A stretch of DNA of 28,102 bases, from positions 1 through 28,102 of IMG/VR virus record IMGVR_UViG_3300005662_000168. The stretch is one strand, 5' to 3'. The stretch is from a virus. Lineage: Duplodnaviria; Caudoviricetes. Under the pieces are notes generated by a model, which ran no database searches, was not told where the DNA came from, and was given only the letters and a program-made list of their open reading frames with translations. Shown here piece by piece: positions 28,086-28,102 of the stretch; positions within the stretch are counted from its first letter, which is position 1; each line of letters begins with the position of its first letter. The translations under genes and the position numbers were made by a program.

Positions 28086-28102
28086 ATGAGTAAGACAATC
28101 CA
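28086..28102 (+). CDS. start of next gene (MSKTI...), probably major capsid protein
   Basis: AGGAGG RBS at 28068-28073; identity inferred from gene order only. Confidence 0.45.

Overview
Segment of a large AT-rich tailed dsDNA phage. An actinobacterial host is tentatively suggested by a leaderless recA and a head-module glycosyltransferase. The left ~2.5 kb is a more GC-rich minus-strand cassette of small genes with strong RBSs and hairpin terminators (early-like). It is followed by small ORFs, recA, and a long plus-strand late region: Clp-type AAA+ ATPase, Gly/Ala-rich putative virion/ejection proteins, a large DEDDh-exonuclease-domain protein, terminase, tail-fibre-like genes, portal, glycosyltransferase, prohead protease/scaffold with an embedded Dps domain, a capsid-associated protein and the start of the probable major capsid gene. 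Main discovery: seven late-region genes are each broken once by a +1 frameshift, and in all seven the break window holds an in-frame CGG followed by A/T (C-GGA x5, C-GGT x2), so skipping one base restores the gene. A manual scan of 6.3-28 kb found no other in-frame CGG, whereas two early-like genes appear to use CGG as ordinary Arg. This suggests a codon-specific, possibly stage-specific, +1/quadruplet recoding system. A systematic sequencing artefact still has to be excluded.
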